Origin: Giardia intestinalis
Lineage: Eukaryota
Direction: 5' to 3' (one strand)
Assembly: GCA_000002435.2 (NCBI GenBank)
Contig: CM018793.1
DNA length: 64,000 bases
Part shown: piece by piece, positions 51,053 to 61,572 of the stretch
Layout of the letters: every line of letters starts with the position of its first letter
How positions within the stretch are numbered: the stretch's first letter is position 1
The notes under the pieces: generated by a model
The model's database searches: none
Told to the model about the DNA's origin: nothing
The model's input: the letters and a program-made list of their open reading frames with translations, nothing else
Program-made: the position numbers and the translations under genes

Positions 51053-52849
51053 CACCACAATACTAATAGATATCAATATGAAAATCATTATGCACAGGGA
51101 AGTTGATTGGTAGGAAGTCGATTTAGTTGCATTGTTCAGAGGTTCAGAAGCTGGAGGCATCTGCGGGGCAATGCATGAGTACATCTTGGCATTAGCAATA
51201 ATGGAAGCGGGTCCAGCCAAAGAGCTGTGTGCAGATATGTTTGATAATTGATTAAAGGCCACAGCTCTAACTGGGGTTATCAGCTCAGAACCAGGAGTCG
51301 GTGTAATCAATTTTTGGACTTCTAGGTCTCCTTCATCTCCTATGGTGAGCATCCTTTGCTGATCATTTGACGACTGTTGACTGTGTAGCTCGCATAAATA
51401 CTGGTGAATAGTTGCTACTTTTGGTTGCATTCTTAAGCAATCTTTTAGACAAGCTGCCCTATCCCTTACAGCAAACGGCAGAGAGGTGGAACACGAACCG
51501 ACAGTAAGACAGATCTCGATATCTCCGTCATCCTGAGTGGCTAACATAGTGCATGTATCCTTTGAAAGAATCAGGCAGTATGCATGCGTCTTTTCTATAG
51601 CCAGTAGCTTACATTCAATAGGTACCCAGATAGCATTCTTGGAAGTGGACAAAGACTTGAACTGCTTTCCGGGAACAACTACACGATAAGGGTGCTTTCC
51701 CCTAGACTTTCGCACTACGAAGATGTGAACTCCAGATGCTACTTTTGCACACACTACTGCTTGAAATGTGTCTGTCAACGCGCACCGGAGGAATTCCAGT
51801 TCATCTGTTCCAGTCACTCCAGTCACTTTGGCTATCGTTTGCTTCACAAAGGCGCTTCCAACAAATACGCAGAGACTACGTGCATCAGCACCCACAAAAA
51901 CTCCATTTCTATATGCGAGTGCACAGTTTTTGGACAGTTCGACGAGACTGATGCAAGGAAGATTTGGCCGTGTGCATTGAACGACATCGGGGCTGGTATC
52001 TTTTGTGCTGTATTGGTAGACCCTAGCACCTAACCTTTCCGTTAGATAATACTTTGTTTTTTCAGACTTAACTGGAACCCACAGATTAGACAGGGGTTGT
52101 GCAGCATACTCAGCTGTTTCGAGCTCATTGTCTGTTTTGAATTGAATAATTAGTGTGTCTGTACCATTGTCTTCTTCTAATATAACTGATAGAACTGTGC
52201 CTGGAACGGGAATTCGCGCCGGACTGTTTGTTACCTCGCCTAAATAATGCAAATAAACAACCCCGTAGGAGTGGGATTGAGTTACAGATGTACTTGCTAA
52301 AGACTCGTTCATTGGTGAGTAGTTACAAAGAGTAGCTACGTGTTGAGCCGTAATAGATAAGAATGGCTCCAGCGTCTCATCTACTTCCTTTTCAATGGGC
52401 ATAGTAAGAAGCGGTTTGAAGCTGTTTGTCCTGCCAGAGAACTCGATCAATACTATATCTTTCCTGGTGAGAAATGCAGTAACCAGTGTTCGACTTGCTC
52501 CCTCTGCGCAACCGTGGCAACGGACGAGTGGAGTAGTAGCAAAAAAGTGCATATCGACAAGCCCGGAAACAACGTAGTGTGCCGTAGCAAAGCATGTGAA
52601 GTTGGCTTGAAACTGTGCAGTAACCTTTCGTGTGCTAATATCGACAATCCAAAGCATGTCATCTCTTTGCGAAACAACTAGAACAGTCTCTTTCCAAAGT
52701 GATATCAAGTTGCCTGGGGAGGAGATGGGCGGTTTCAGATTGCACAAATCTAGAACTACTTCAGTCGTACTCAGAGAGGACGGGGTGCAGTAGGTAGTGA
52801 CTGCGAGCTCTTGCGTAGCTACATCATAATACACTGTAGCAGCTTGCAT
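51008..52849 (-). CDS. Hypothetical protein with a C-terminal transmembrane segment (613 aa)
   Basis: Long ORF with a verified ATG. C-terminal MIFILISISIVVLVQV hydrophobic anchor. Confidence 0.55.
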   Translation of the reverse strand: MQAATVYYDVATQELAVTTYCTPSSLSTTEVVLDLCNLKPPISSPGNLISLWKETVLVVSQRDDMLWIVDISTRKVTAQFQANFTCFATAHYVVSGLVDMHFFATTPLVRCHGCAEGASRTLVTAFLTRKDIVLIEFSGRTNSFKPLLTMPIEKEVDETLEPFLSITAQHVATLCNYSPMNESLASTSVTQSHSYGVVYLHYLGEVTNSPARIPVPGTVLSVILEEDNGTDTLIIQFKTDNELETAEYAAQPLSNLWVPVKSEKTKYYLTERLGARVYQYSTKDTSPDVVQCTRPNLPCISLVELSKNCALAYRNGVFVGADARSLCVFVGSAFVKQTIAKVTGVTGTDELEFLRCALTDTFQAVVCAKVASGVHIFVVRKSRGKHPYRVVVPGKQFKSLSTSKNAIWVPIECKLLAIEKTHAYCLILSKDTCTMLATQDDGDIEICLTVGSCSTSLPFAVRDRAACLKDCLRMQPKVATIHQYLCELHSQQSSNDQQRMLTIGDEGDLEVQKLITPTPGSELITPVRAVAFNQLSNISAHSSLAGPASIIANAKMYSCIAPQMPPASEPLNNATKSTSYQSTSLCIMIFILISISIVVLVQVRKLINYGLNS

Positions 52850-52955
52850 AGATATATTTCTTTTTGTACGAAATCTATTAATCTACGAAATGTAAATGTT
52901 TATACGAATATAAGGTTCGCACTTGGGTAGGATAGTGGGCAAGAAAAAAATATCA

Positions 52956-53573
52956 ATGAGTCATGCAATGGCAGATGTAATTGTTAGCCAGCAAATGGAG
53001 ATCGTGAATCCCATGTCGCCCAATGCGGCCAAATGCTCCTGCAACTGCCATCGTGCCCAAATCGTGTCACCGGACTCTCAGCAAATCAAAATGGTCTGTG
53101 AAAACTGCAGCATCCGCCACAACATCGACCGTAGCATAAACGACGTGAATGTGCGTGGACTCGAAGTCACCGACCTGGGTCAGCTCTGCCAGCTACTCAG
53201 CCAACTGTCCACAGTTGGAGACGTCTCTCACGAGTCCCTGATGGAATTCTATAAGTGTGTCAAAGCGAGTGACAGACACATTGTTGCTGTGATTGAAAAC
53301 ATGGACAATCAGATCATCGGCACCGCGACTCTTCTTGTCGAGCCCAAGCTCTTACACCAGGGAAGCTTTGTGGGCCATATCGAGGACGTGGTCATTGACA
53401 AAAAGTATCGCGGCCTCGGGCTGGGCAAGCTCCTAATCACCCATCTGGTCCTGAAGGCGCACCGTGCAAATTGCTATAAAGTGATTCTAGACTGCAGCGA
53501 CGAGAACGTCGGGTTCTATGAAAAGTGCGGCTTAGAGCATCACGGAAACTGCATGGCCATTTACTTCCATTAA
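52956..53573 (+). CDS. GNA1: Glucosamine-6-phosphate N-acetyltransferase (GNA1, GNAT family), an enzyme of the encystation-induced UDP-GalNAc pathway
   Basis: LLVEPKLLHQGSFVGHIEDVVIDKKYRGLGLGKLLI....YKVILDCSDENVGFYEKCG closely parallels GNA1 (IIHGCGLVGHIEDIAV..KYQGQGLGKLLI...YKIILDC.EKNVKFYEKCG). The track start at 52923 is a TTG; first ATG at 52956. Confidence 0.8.
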   Translation: MSHAMADVIVSQQMEIVNPMSPNAAKCSCNCHRAQIVSPDSQQIKMVCENCSIRHNIDRSINDVNVRGLEVTDLGQLCQLLSQLSTVGDVSHESLMEFYKCVKASDRHIVAVIENMDNQIIGTATLLVEPKLLHQGSFVGHIEDVVIDKKYRGLGLGKLLITHLVLKAHRANCYKVILDCSDENVGFYEKCGLEHHGNCMAIYFH

Positions 53574-53766
53574 TATTTTACACGTTCGATTTAAGCAGCA
53601 ATGGGAGTGAATACTAAACTATGATTCCACGAGCGCCCTGAGGTAGACCGCTGAATGCATTGTTGAATAGCAGGAAAGATATCAAAAAGACAAGGCAGTC
53701 GTTACAAATCTTCTGTTTCATTAATAAAAATTACTCTACTTTTATCCTGAATTCGGTACTACAACC

Positions 53767-56700
53767 ATGACCAAGGGCATCACGACCATCAAATTCCGAT
53801 CATCTGTCAATCGGATCAGGGGCCCATCTGGTCGTTCTATTATCAATGGATATCATATCCTCAGGGAGCTGGGATCTGGCACAGAGTCCTCTGTACGCTT
53901 AGGACAGTCTCTACAGTCTGGGACGCAAGTGTCTGTCTACTTTCAACCCTTAACAGACTCCAGGAAAGGCTTTACTGGTTATAATGGAAGGTTTAATTAC
54001 TTTCAATTACTTGATAAAATTAACGTGCACGCTATACCAGGCACTCGCAGAGTCCTAGAAATATGGTACAATAAAAACTCGTGTATCCAGTTACACAAAC
54101 TACTTGTATGTGCTGGTGTGACCTTCATCGACAGCCTCTATGATACCACAGCCCCTCTAGGAGACACTGACTCAACAATCGCGCGAACCTTATTTTTGGT
54201 TGTTGAATACTGCAGCAACAGCGGCATTCAGCCCATCGTCGGGCAGCTCCACTACTCTGACTACATAAGCTTTTCTCGCAGGCTTTCCTACACCATCTAT
54301 AGCTTGCACAAAATAGGAATTATTCATAAAGACATTAAGGTTGATAATATTCTGTTCAATGAGAAACATTTGCGTCACAACGAGTTATTTTATGCCGAGG
54401 AGCACCCCCTCAGTGTAGATCCTTATCTGATCGACTTTGGTATAAGCATCGATTTAAGCTTACTAAATACAAAGATAATAACATTCGACACGATGCTACA
54501 AGGGATTGGCAGATTGCTCACGAAGGATCTAGGTCAAGTTACCACCTTAGAATGGTTTGACATAGAGGGCCCTGTGTATGCAATTTTAACAAAAAACGAA
54601 CGCGTTGAAAGGCTTATTGAGATTGTCATGTATTACATTAAGCATTTTTTCACAATAGAAAGCCTCAGAATTCTTGCAGACCCACTAATATCGAGCAATG
54701 AGAAGTTTATCACCAACAAGAATGGAACAATTGCATATTTACCACCTGAACTAAGTTGTGAAGACCTACACACTTCAATCTGTGATCGTCCAGGCTCTAC
54801 TATAAAGACACATGAGCAAGCTACATGTGCTCTTGCGGAGGTCTCTGTCCTCCCACGGTGTTCTACCCATCCACGCTGCAACAGCTTTAAGTTTAACAGA
54901 GACACTAGGTCTTGCAATCTATGTACTAGACACGAAACGTCAAGCCACGAAGAAGATGCTCTTGAGAGTGATCATATGGTTTCCCAGGCGACTCTCATCA
55001 AAAGTACTATTACTTTGTCGACGACTGCTAAGGAGTCGTCCAAGGAATTCTCTAGTACATTCAGAAAGATCTCTGCTTCTAACTCATTCTATGCTATCTT
55101 GCCCTCACCAGTTGATGTGTGGTGTTTTGGGGTGACCATCCTTTACATTATGATTGGCGCCGCACGCACAGAACCGTTGTATCGGCGAAGCAATGATGTG
55201 CTCGCCATTTCACAGCATCTTACCCCATTTACAACGGATCTACTCTGTGGATGCCTGGCACTGGACCCCGTTGAACGGTATACGGCAGAGGATATATCTA
55301 GACATCCCCTCTATGTGGGCTACCGTGTGAGCTATGAGGAAGACAATCTGACTACCTATGTCTCCAGCATAGCTGAGTACCGCAGACTGTTCGGTCTCCC
55401 ACCATGCTCTGAAGAAGGATTTGCAGATGAGGCGAAGGCCCCCATTGAAGATGACCTGGAACAGACAACAGGAAATGCTCTAGAAAACTACCATCAATAT
55501 ATTGTAAGGACACGTAGGAAAACAATCATATCGAATAACAAAAAACATATTCGCAGAGCATCTCTCTCCTCATTGGAGTCTGTCTTTCATGAGCACATCT
55601 TCAAAGATGTCTATACAGATGATACCATTCTGATGGCTCTTAAGCTACACAATTCAGATGTGCTTGCAGACCCTTGGATAAGCTCTGTACTTCTACAATT
55701 GGATTTAACCGCAATTTCTCTCCAAGTGCGCAACAGTATGGTACGATATCTCCACCCACAAGATTCCCCTAACAGCAGATCATATCTAGTTCCAAAGTTC
55801 TTTGATTTGGCACATACCCTTGGCAAGAGTCAATCAATCAGTCAAGGACTACTGTCCATGAGGCTGAAGTCTCTGACTTACCTTGCCACGCGCTTATTGG
55901 AGACGACGGTCTATCATAACAGCTATACTGACTTCAAGAAGCAAATTATGCCTGAGCATGTCCGTGGCTATACACATTGCGGGAGCCTTGTTCCCTGGGT
56001 GGCTGGGGCTTCTGCAGACGGTCAGGAGTGGGCTCGGTACCGCAGGTGCTGGGGCACAAGAGCCTCGGAGCAAGGGAGTATTTGTACCGAGTTGTTCTTG
56101 TTTTCGTCTGAGCGTTTATCCACCTTAACTTTGTCGTCCTCAGAATCTTCATCACCATCGATTGACAATATCAATCAGATAACCTTAGAGTTCAGCTCTC
56201 AAGGGGGTATGTCTTTTGCTGGAACACCTATTGAACCGTCATATTATCACTTAGCAAGAAACCAGTTACAATCACTACCAAAGGATGTTTCTATTTTCGG
56301 CGTACAGAGCACCTTACAGGCCGAACTTTCATATAGGGATGTCACAGAAGATGAGATCTCATCGTCTCAGTGTAAAATTACCGAGGAGAGTATCCTGACT
56401 GCACAACCAACAACTACATACACCGCGGACACAACCTTCGTATCTGAAACTCCTGGGACGTTTCATGAGTCTCATGACACGTCTCACGACTTATTTCCCC
56501 TGGGGCTTGCAACACCGTCCGAGCATCACATCATGGATCCGAAAATGTTTGCCACTCAAATCGTGCAGCCCCCATCCTGTGACCTGCTCAGTCACAATTT
56601 GCAGCTTCTTGATAAGACACTGGTCAGCCACAAGGTCGTAGCAGGACACCACCACACTAATAATTCATTACGGCGGTTTAAAGATACTCCTTTCAAAAGC

Positions 56701-59700
56701 TCTAACTTGATCAGTGTGGTAAAGCTTACGACGGCTAAGCCACCCAGTACTGGTAGTTATCAGTGTTCACAGTACCCTTTGTCAAAGGAACCGCCAGACA
56801 AGCATACCACAAATGAGTCAGCACACAAAAGATACAAAAGGAGCAATCTTCTCTTGGCCTCAACCGCGCGAACACTGAGAATGCATAAAAGTTATACTGC
56901 GAATTATCCTACCTACGATAATTGTCAGATCACTACAGATACAAGTACACTTTGCAGAGAACAGCCCGGAGGTTTTCAGATACAGAGAGAGCAGCCACAA
57001 CACACAGATGCCCTTGAATCAAAGTCCACACAAAGTACTTCTGTCTCTTTAAACATTCATATAGGGGGCAACGAGTTAGTATCTTTCCAGAGTCCATGCG
57101 TTCATCAGATTGGCAATATATCAATGCACAGTTCGTTTGAAAGCACAGATGTAGACGATGCCGTGCCGTACAAATTACGTAGCAACATCTTCAATTCGAA
57201 TACTAAGTTACCTGATATTAAAGTTGCTACCGAAGCAAATACACGGATGCGCTCATCGCTAGAGGATCCTAATTCTTTGATCAAGACTCGATTATGGGAT
57301 AAGAAGAAAATGGAAGAAAACTCCAATGCAACTGCCTTCGCACTGCATCACAACGCTAAGCACCCATCGCTGAGTGCACTGAGCACAACTAGAACCCTTC
57401 GCTATCAATTGCGAAATGCAATTGGGACAAAGGCAGACCACACTCTAGAGGTCTGTGGAAAAGTAGCGAATGCTGTTGTGCCGATCACAGCCAAACGAGT
57501 ACAATTCCATTGCCAGAGGAGGTACGCGCTGTTCAAGAAATCGCTTCCAAAGAAACATAATCCGCCGTTGAAGGTCTCTGTTGTTCTGAAAGCATCTACA
57601 ATAGACGAACAGAGCCAGGACGGCCAACAACCTTTCTGTCATCAAAATCCAGCAAGCACGTCGTCCTCAATATTAATGGTTAGACCCATTACCAACACAG
57701 CCATATCTCTCCAAACCAGCGACTCAACCACAACAACAGCAAGTACTGATGTTAAGTCCGTACAACTGCAAACACAAAGCAAAGTCTCCTCTAGTCTCAG
57801 GAAATCTCTGCTCACAAGCTCTGTTAACTGCGAAACATTCGATGTGGATACATCTACTACGACGGATTTTGAAATAGCTGGTTATAATGCCGCTTCTGGT
57901 ATCGAAAGGGACAGTCTAGTCCCCATTTCATCAGACATAAACGCCTCTCCAGCTATCGTTTCATCAGGAGCTTATACATCCGTTCTTACTTATGATACTC
58001 CAGTTCACGAACTGAACGATAAAAGTACCCATACTAAAATGACATCAACACTGTCTCATGACAACAGTCTTGTGGAGACAACTGGCGACGAAGAGCCTGC
58101 GAATATAGATCCAAGTACCTTGTCACAGACAGAGCCACGTTCGCTCAACTATCCCAAGAGCAGTTCAAAGCCTGTTTTATTGAATTTTCCAAATGTTCAG
58201 CCAACAATAGCGGACTCGGTAGATGTTCATGAGGCAAACCCTGCATATTCTGTTGGTATTCCGCCGAAACATGTCCATCAATTACATCATTGCCAGCACG
58301 CCAGAAGCATGCTCCAACTAGAGGTTCAGAAAGATAAGCAATTACAAGATGGAACGGACCTAAATATTATGCCAAATTCAGATAGCAATCACCAGGGAAA
58401 TAGATCTACGGTATTAGTGCCAACGGAACTAGCAGACAGATCTATACGTTTCTCAATGCAATGCACACATAAGCATTTCGTTAATGTCCTTAAGCGACGG
58501 AGTCGTGGTTCTAATCTTGCCCAGTTTCTCTTCAAGGAATTGGAGGTGCAGTATCCAATGGAGTCGCAGCTGCTGGCACCGAAACACTTTGACCTTTCGA
58601 CAAAAATATTCCAAGATACCACCACATCTGAGGAGACGTTTAGTAGCTCCAACCAAGATGACAGCCCAATGCCACTACCCAACTTTCTCTTCCGCTCCAG
58701 GACCCTTAATGCACTCATAGACTTGTCTGACATAGAAAGTTTTGATGACCCACATCTCACCAAGTGTTTCTCTGCCCAGAAGACCAAAAGATTAAGCTCT
58801 GCTTTGCAGAGTAAGGATTCTGCTCTCAAGGACAGAAGAGCCTCCAATTTTAGTGGGAATATATTTGCATCTAAGTGGCTCCATAACAATGTAACCACTA
58901 TACCAACTCTTCCATTAGTATCTACCCGTAACTTGGGGATAATCGAAAAGACTTTCATAGCGGAGGGAGCAGGCTCTTTAGACGGTTCGAAGCTAATTAG
59001 AATTAATCGGTATGACGCCAACAATTCCAATTTAAAGGAGGCTGCGTCTTATTTGCGGAATGCATGCACGTCGAATATCACAGAGCAGGATACCAATAGG
59101 CTTCGTCCATTCACTTATGAAGTTAGTGACACGAATAATGACGAAGCTAGCAATGAGAAACCCGCTACATCCACAGAACTATGCACTTTGCCTTCTTGCC
59201 AGTCAACCGGGGCTAATGACAATGTTAAGTGCTTCGAAGATAATCCTCAATTGAATGCATCAAAAATGCTGGACGCTAACCAACGGCACAGTATAGATAT
59301 CTCAGTAGACATATTAGATAGCTGCGAAACGTCTGACAAGAAAACTATTGGGGTGGATGAGTTGATGATACAGGCGATAAGTCCTGGAAATTTAGTGGAA
59401 CCGATAGATTTCCACAGGAACGGGTCTTTGTTGCTGCCAGACAGTGTCTTATCAGCAGGGTATACCCCGCAAACTGGAGATGAAGCAATATCATTCATGA
59501 ATCAGCAGACACCACACGGCCTTGAAGCAAGCACAGTTAGTTACATAGCTAAGGACTCGATAAATAATGATGTTTGCTGTTTGACGGTAGCTGAAGATAA
59601 TGAGGAGTTTCTATCTAAGTCAGATGAGCCATATACACCGACAAAAGAAAAGCAGGAGAAAAAGCGTCTGCCGGTGGCTCTCTCCAACAAGCTAGGCCAG

Positions 59701-60366
59701 GGAGACGTGTGGAAAAAGTGTGCTCAAATATCAGCCATAAGCTGCATAGACTCGCAGTCAATATTAGAAACTAAATGGCGAATACCAGACACCAATCCAA
59801 AGAACATTGGAGACACAAGAATAGTTCTGCCTACCGTGACAAGCAGCCCCTTAGCAAAGTACGTACAAGGACTGCCACGCTTTCTCAATAGATTTTTTCC
59901 GTTTTCTTTCACTCAGTCCCTCTTCAGTTCCGCAGCTAACGCACCGTATAGGTTATCTGGGTTGTTTTTTGCACATTACTACACTTATATGCTTCCTCAC
60001 GTCATTGAGCCGCTAGATATGTTTGCCAAACATGACCTCATGGAGGTGTCGCGAGAATATGAGCTGAGCTTAAGCGTGGACAGCGCACAAGAGACAGTAT
60101 TCGTCCCTGGCATCAATAATCCAGCTCCGAAAGCTCTGGTGGGGTCTTGTCGTACGATGTCTAATAATAAGGTTCTCAGATCCGCGGAAGCAGCTGTGAA
60201 AAAGCCGCCAGCTAGAACCTTGAACAATCTGAAGCTGACTGATTTTAGTGAGCTGTTCAATGACGTCAATGCAGACGAAGAGACCCACATATTGGAACTA
60301 GAAGCTAAGGATTCGCAATACGAAGGAAGCGAGTTCTTAATGGAGGATTATGATTCTGGCGTGTGA
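53767..60366 (+). CDS. Giant (2199 aa) protein with an N-terminal Ser/Thr protein-kinase domain and a ~1900-aa Ser/Thr-rich low-complexity tail
   Basis: Gly-loop LGSGTESSV, catalytic loop IIHKDIKVDNILF, DFGIS, and WCFGVTILYIMIG (subdomain IX-like). Confidence 0.75.
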   Translation: MTKGITTIKFRSSVNRIRGPSGRSIINGYHILRELGSGTESSVRLGQSLQSGTQVSVYFQPLTDSRKGFTGYNGRFNYFQLLDKINVHAIPGTRRVLEIWYNKNSCIQLHKLLVCAGVTFIDSLYDTTAPLGDTDSTIARTLFLVVEYCSNSGIQPIVGQLHYSDYISFSRRLSYTIYSLHKIGIIHKDIKVDNILFNEKHLRHNELFYAEEHPLSVDPYLIDFGISIDLSLLNTKIITFDTMLQGIGRLLTKDLGQVTTLEWFDIEGPVYAILTKNERVERLIEIVMYYIKHFFTIESLRILADPLISSNEKFITNKNGTIAYLPPELSCEDLHTSICDRPGSTIKTHEQATCALAEVSVLPRCSTHPRCNSFKFNRDTRSCNLCTRHETSSHEEDALESDHMVSQATLIKSTITLSTTAKESSKEFSSTFRKISASNSFYAILPSPVDVWCFGVTILYIMIGAARTEPLYRRSNDVLAISQHLTPFTTDLLCGCLALDPVERYTAEDISRHPLYVGYRVSYEEDNLTTYVSSIAEYRRLFGLPPCSEEGFADEAKAPIEDDLEQTTGNALENYHQYIVRTRRKTIISNNKKHIRRASLSSLESVFHEHIFKDVYTDDTILMALKLHNSDVLADPWISSVLLQLDLTAISLQVRNSMVRYLHPQDSPNSRSYLVPKFFDLAHTLGKSQSISQGLLSMRLKSLTYLATRLLETTVYHNSYTDFKKQIMPEHVRGYTHCGSLVPWVAGASADGQEWARYRRCWGTRASEQGSICTELFLFSSERLSTLTLSSSESSSPSIDNINQITLEFSSQGGMSFAGTPIEPSYYHLARNQLQSLPKDVSIFGVQSTLQAELSYRDVTEDEISSSQCKITEESILTAQPTTTYTADTTFVSETPGTFHESHDTSHDLFPLGLATPSEHHIMDPKMFATQIVQPPSCDLLSHNLQLLDKTLVSHKVVAGHHHTNNSLRRFKDTPFKSSNLISVVKLTTAKPPSTGSYQCSQYPLSKEPPDKHTTNESAHKRYKRSNLLLASTARTLRMHKSYTANYPTYDNCQITTDTSTLCREQPGGFQIQREQPQHTDALESKSTQSTSVSLNIHIGGNELVSFQSPCVHQIGNISMHSSFESTDVDDAVPYKLRSNIFNSNTKLPDIKVATEANTRMRSSLEDPNSLIKTRLWDKKKMEENSNATAFALHHNAKHPSLSALSTTRTLRYQLRNAIGTKADHTLEVCGKVANAVVPITAKRVQFHCQRRYALFKKSLPKKHNPPLKVSVVLKASTIDEQSQDGQQPFCHQNPASTSSSILMVRPITNTAISLQTSDSTTTTASTDVKSVQLQTQSKVSSSLRKSLLTSSVNCETFDVDTSTTTDFEIAGYNAASGIERDSLVPISSDINASPAIVSSGAYTSVLTYDTPVHELNDKSTHTKMTSTLSHDNSLVETTGDEEPANIDPSTLSQTEPRSLNYPKSSSKPVLLNFPNVQPTIADSVDVHEANPAYSVGIPPKHVHQLHHCQHARSMLQLEVQKDKQLQDGTDLNIMPNSDSNHQGNRSTVLVPTELADRSIRFSMQCTHKHFVNVLKRRSRGSNLAQFLFKELEVQYPMESQLLAPKHFDLSTKIFQDTTTSEETFSSSNQDDSPMPLPNFLFRSRTLNALIDLSDIESFDDPHLTKCFSAQKTKRLSSALQSKDSALKDRRASNFSGNIFASKWLHNNVTTIPTLPLVSTRNLGIIEKTFIAEGAGSLDGSKLIRINRYDANNSNLKEAASYLRNACTSNITEQDTNRLRPFTYEVSDTNNDEASNEKPATSTELCTLPSCQSTGANDNVKCFEDNPQLNASKMLDANQRHSIDISVDILDSCETSDKKTIGVDELMIQAISPGNLVEPIDFHRNGSLLLPDSVLSAGYTPQTGDEAISFMNQQTPHGLEASTVSYIAKDSINNDVCCLTVAEDNEEFLSKSDEPYTPTKEKQEKKRLPVALSNKLGQGDVWKKCAQISAISCIDSQSILETKWRIPDTNPKNIGDTRIVLPTVTSSPLAKYVQGLPRFLNRFFPFSFTQSLFSSAANAPYRLSGLFFAHYYTYMLPHVIEPLDMFAKHDLMEVSREYELSLSVDSAQETVFVPGINNPAPKALVGSCRTMSNNKVLRSAEAAVKKPPARTLNNLKLTDFSELFNDVNADEETHILELEAKDSQYEGSEFLMEDYDSGV

Positions 60367-60615
60367 CCTCAGGTATTTCAGGATCGGAGCTTGGAGGTCT
60401 TTAACTTACAATGGAAGTGGTACTTGGCTCAGACTTGTTCGTACTTATGGAACTTTAATTTTTTGCCCTGAGGATTGCGTACTCAGTACGAACTGTTTGC
60501 CTGCTCAGGCAATCACCCCGGATATAAATTTTAGTTAATCTGTGATTGATCAGCTGCTTGACCGAATGTCTTCTGCGGTCCAACTCTCATTACCGTCAGG
60601 GACGATAAAATCCAG

Positions 60616-61572
60616 ATGCTCCTGTGTGCCACGTGCATGGAGTCGCGCGGAGGACCACAGACTCTAGAGATGGAGAATGGCAAGCACTCATGCAGTGTAT
60701 GCACCAAGCTGTTTCAGCGATACCGGGTCTATCAGCCGGAGAGATGGAGCACCTCTCTGCCTACTGCCATGTGCCGCGACTGCGCAGCTGCAAGACAATG
60801 CTGTCAAGTATGTTATTGTGATCTATCAACATTGATGGTCAACAGAGTTTACAGCAACACAGTCCCGCCCGGTGGATCATTTCTGCAAGCAGATGTGAAT
60901 GCAGACACGCTCCAAAAGCGCTATGAAGGACCCTTTTTGCAACACATGCAAGGATTCATACCTGTCTTTGTGTGTAGGATGACTTTGGTGGATCTTCGAA
61001 GTGCCAATGAAGAGCTGGTAAAAGAGGTGTGCAGTAATCTTTGCATCATGAGGTCTTTGATTGATCAAAGAGCGTCTAGCAGCACAGCAGAGAATTGTGC
61101 GGACCACACGACCATGCACATGACGATTAGTTTGTCCTCTGAGCAGCGGAGTGCATTCTTTCTGGACATCCCTCCAACGTGTGCCAGAATACGAGCATAT
61201 ATAGATCAACTCAGCGGGATGTTCAAAGAGATGCAGCGCATAGTAGCAGCTCAGCGCCTTCGCTTGGCCAATGTCTTCGGAGCCTTCGCAGATTTTGCTT
61301 ACGAGCCATTAGAGTTAGAGGAGTCCACAGCTACAGGAAAGCAGTGCAAATCTGACCTTCAATATGAGCATACAGAAAATGCACGAGTGATGAAGATAGA
61401 AGTGATTGTTATTGAACACAACTCATTTTCTTTGGAGCTCGTAATAAAAAGTGCCTTTCTCGCGGAGCTCATGTGCCTTCTAAAGGTGTACACTGAAGTG
61501 GATGCTATACTAGAAATAAGTGTGGACAACATTAGCGAGAAAGCTACTCTAGATAGTCAAATTCTCCGGTAA
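60616..61572 (+). CDS. Hypothetical protein with an N-terminal Cys-rich (CxxC...CxxC) zinc-ribbon-like region
   Basis: 318-aa ORF. CATC...CSVC...CRDC...CQVCYC cluster. The 3' end overlaps the Mnd1 3' end by ~29 bp in convergent orientation. Confidence 0.5.
   Translation: MLLCATCMESRGGPQTLEMENGKHSCSVCTKLFQRYRVYQPERWSTSLPTAMCRDCAAARQCCQVCYCDLSTLMVNRVYSNTVPPGGSFLQADVNADTLQKRYEGPFLQHMQGFIPVFVCRMTLVDLRSANEELVKEVCSNLCIMRSLIDQRASSSTAENCADHTTMHMTISLSSEQRSAFFLDIPPTCARIRAYIDQLSGMFKEMQRIVAAQRLRLANVFGAFADFAYEPLELEESTATGKQCKSDLQYEHTENARVMKIEVIVIEHNSFSLELVIKSAFLAELMCLLKVYTEVDAILEISVDNISEKATLDSQILR

Noticed and set aside
804-52923. ORF-track start coordinates at 2411, 14241, 15612, 21826, 31833, 39349/45761 and 52923
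   Set aside because: Checking the nucleotides shows these 'M' residues are TTG or GTG codons (bacterial alternative starts). Eukaryotic genes were trimmed to the first in-frame ATG.
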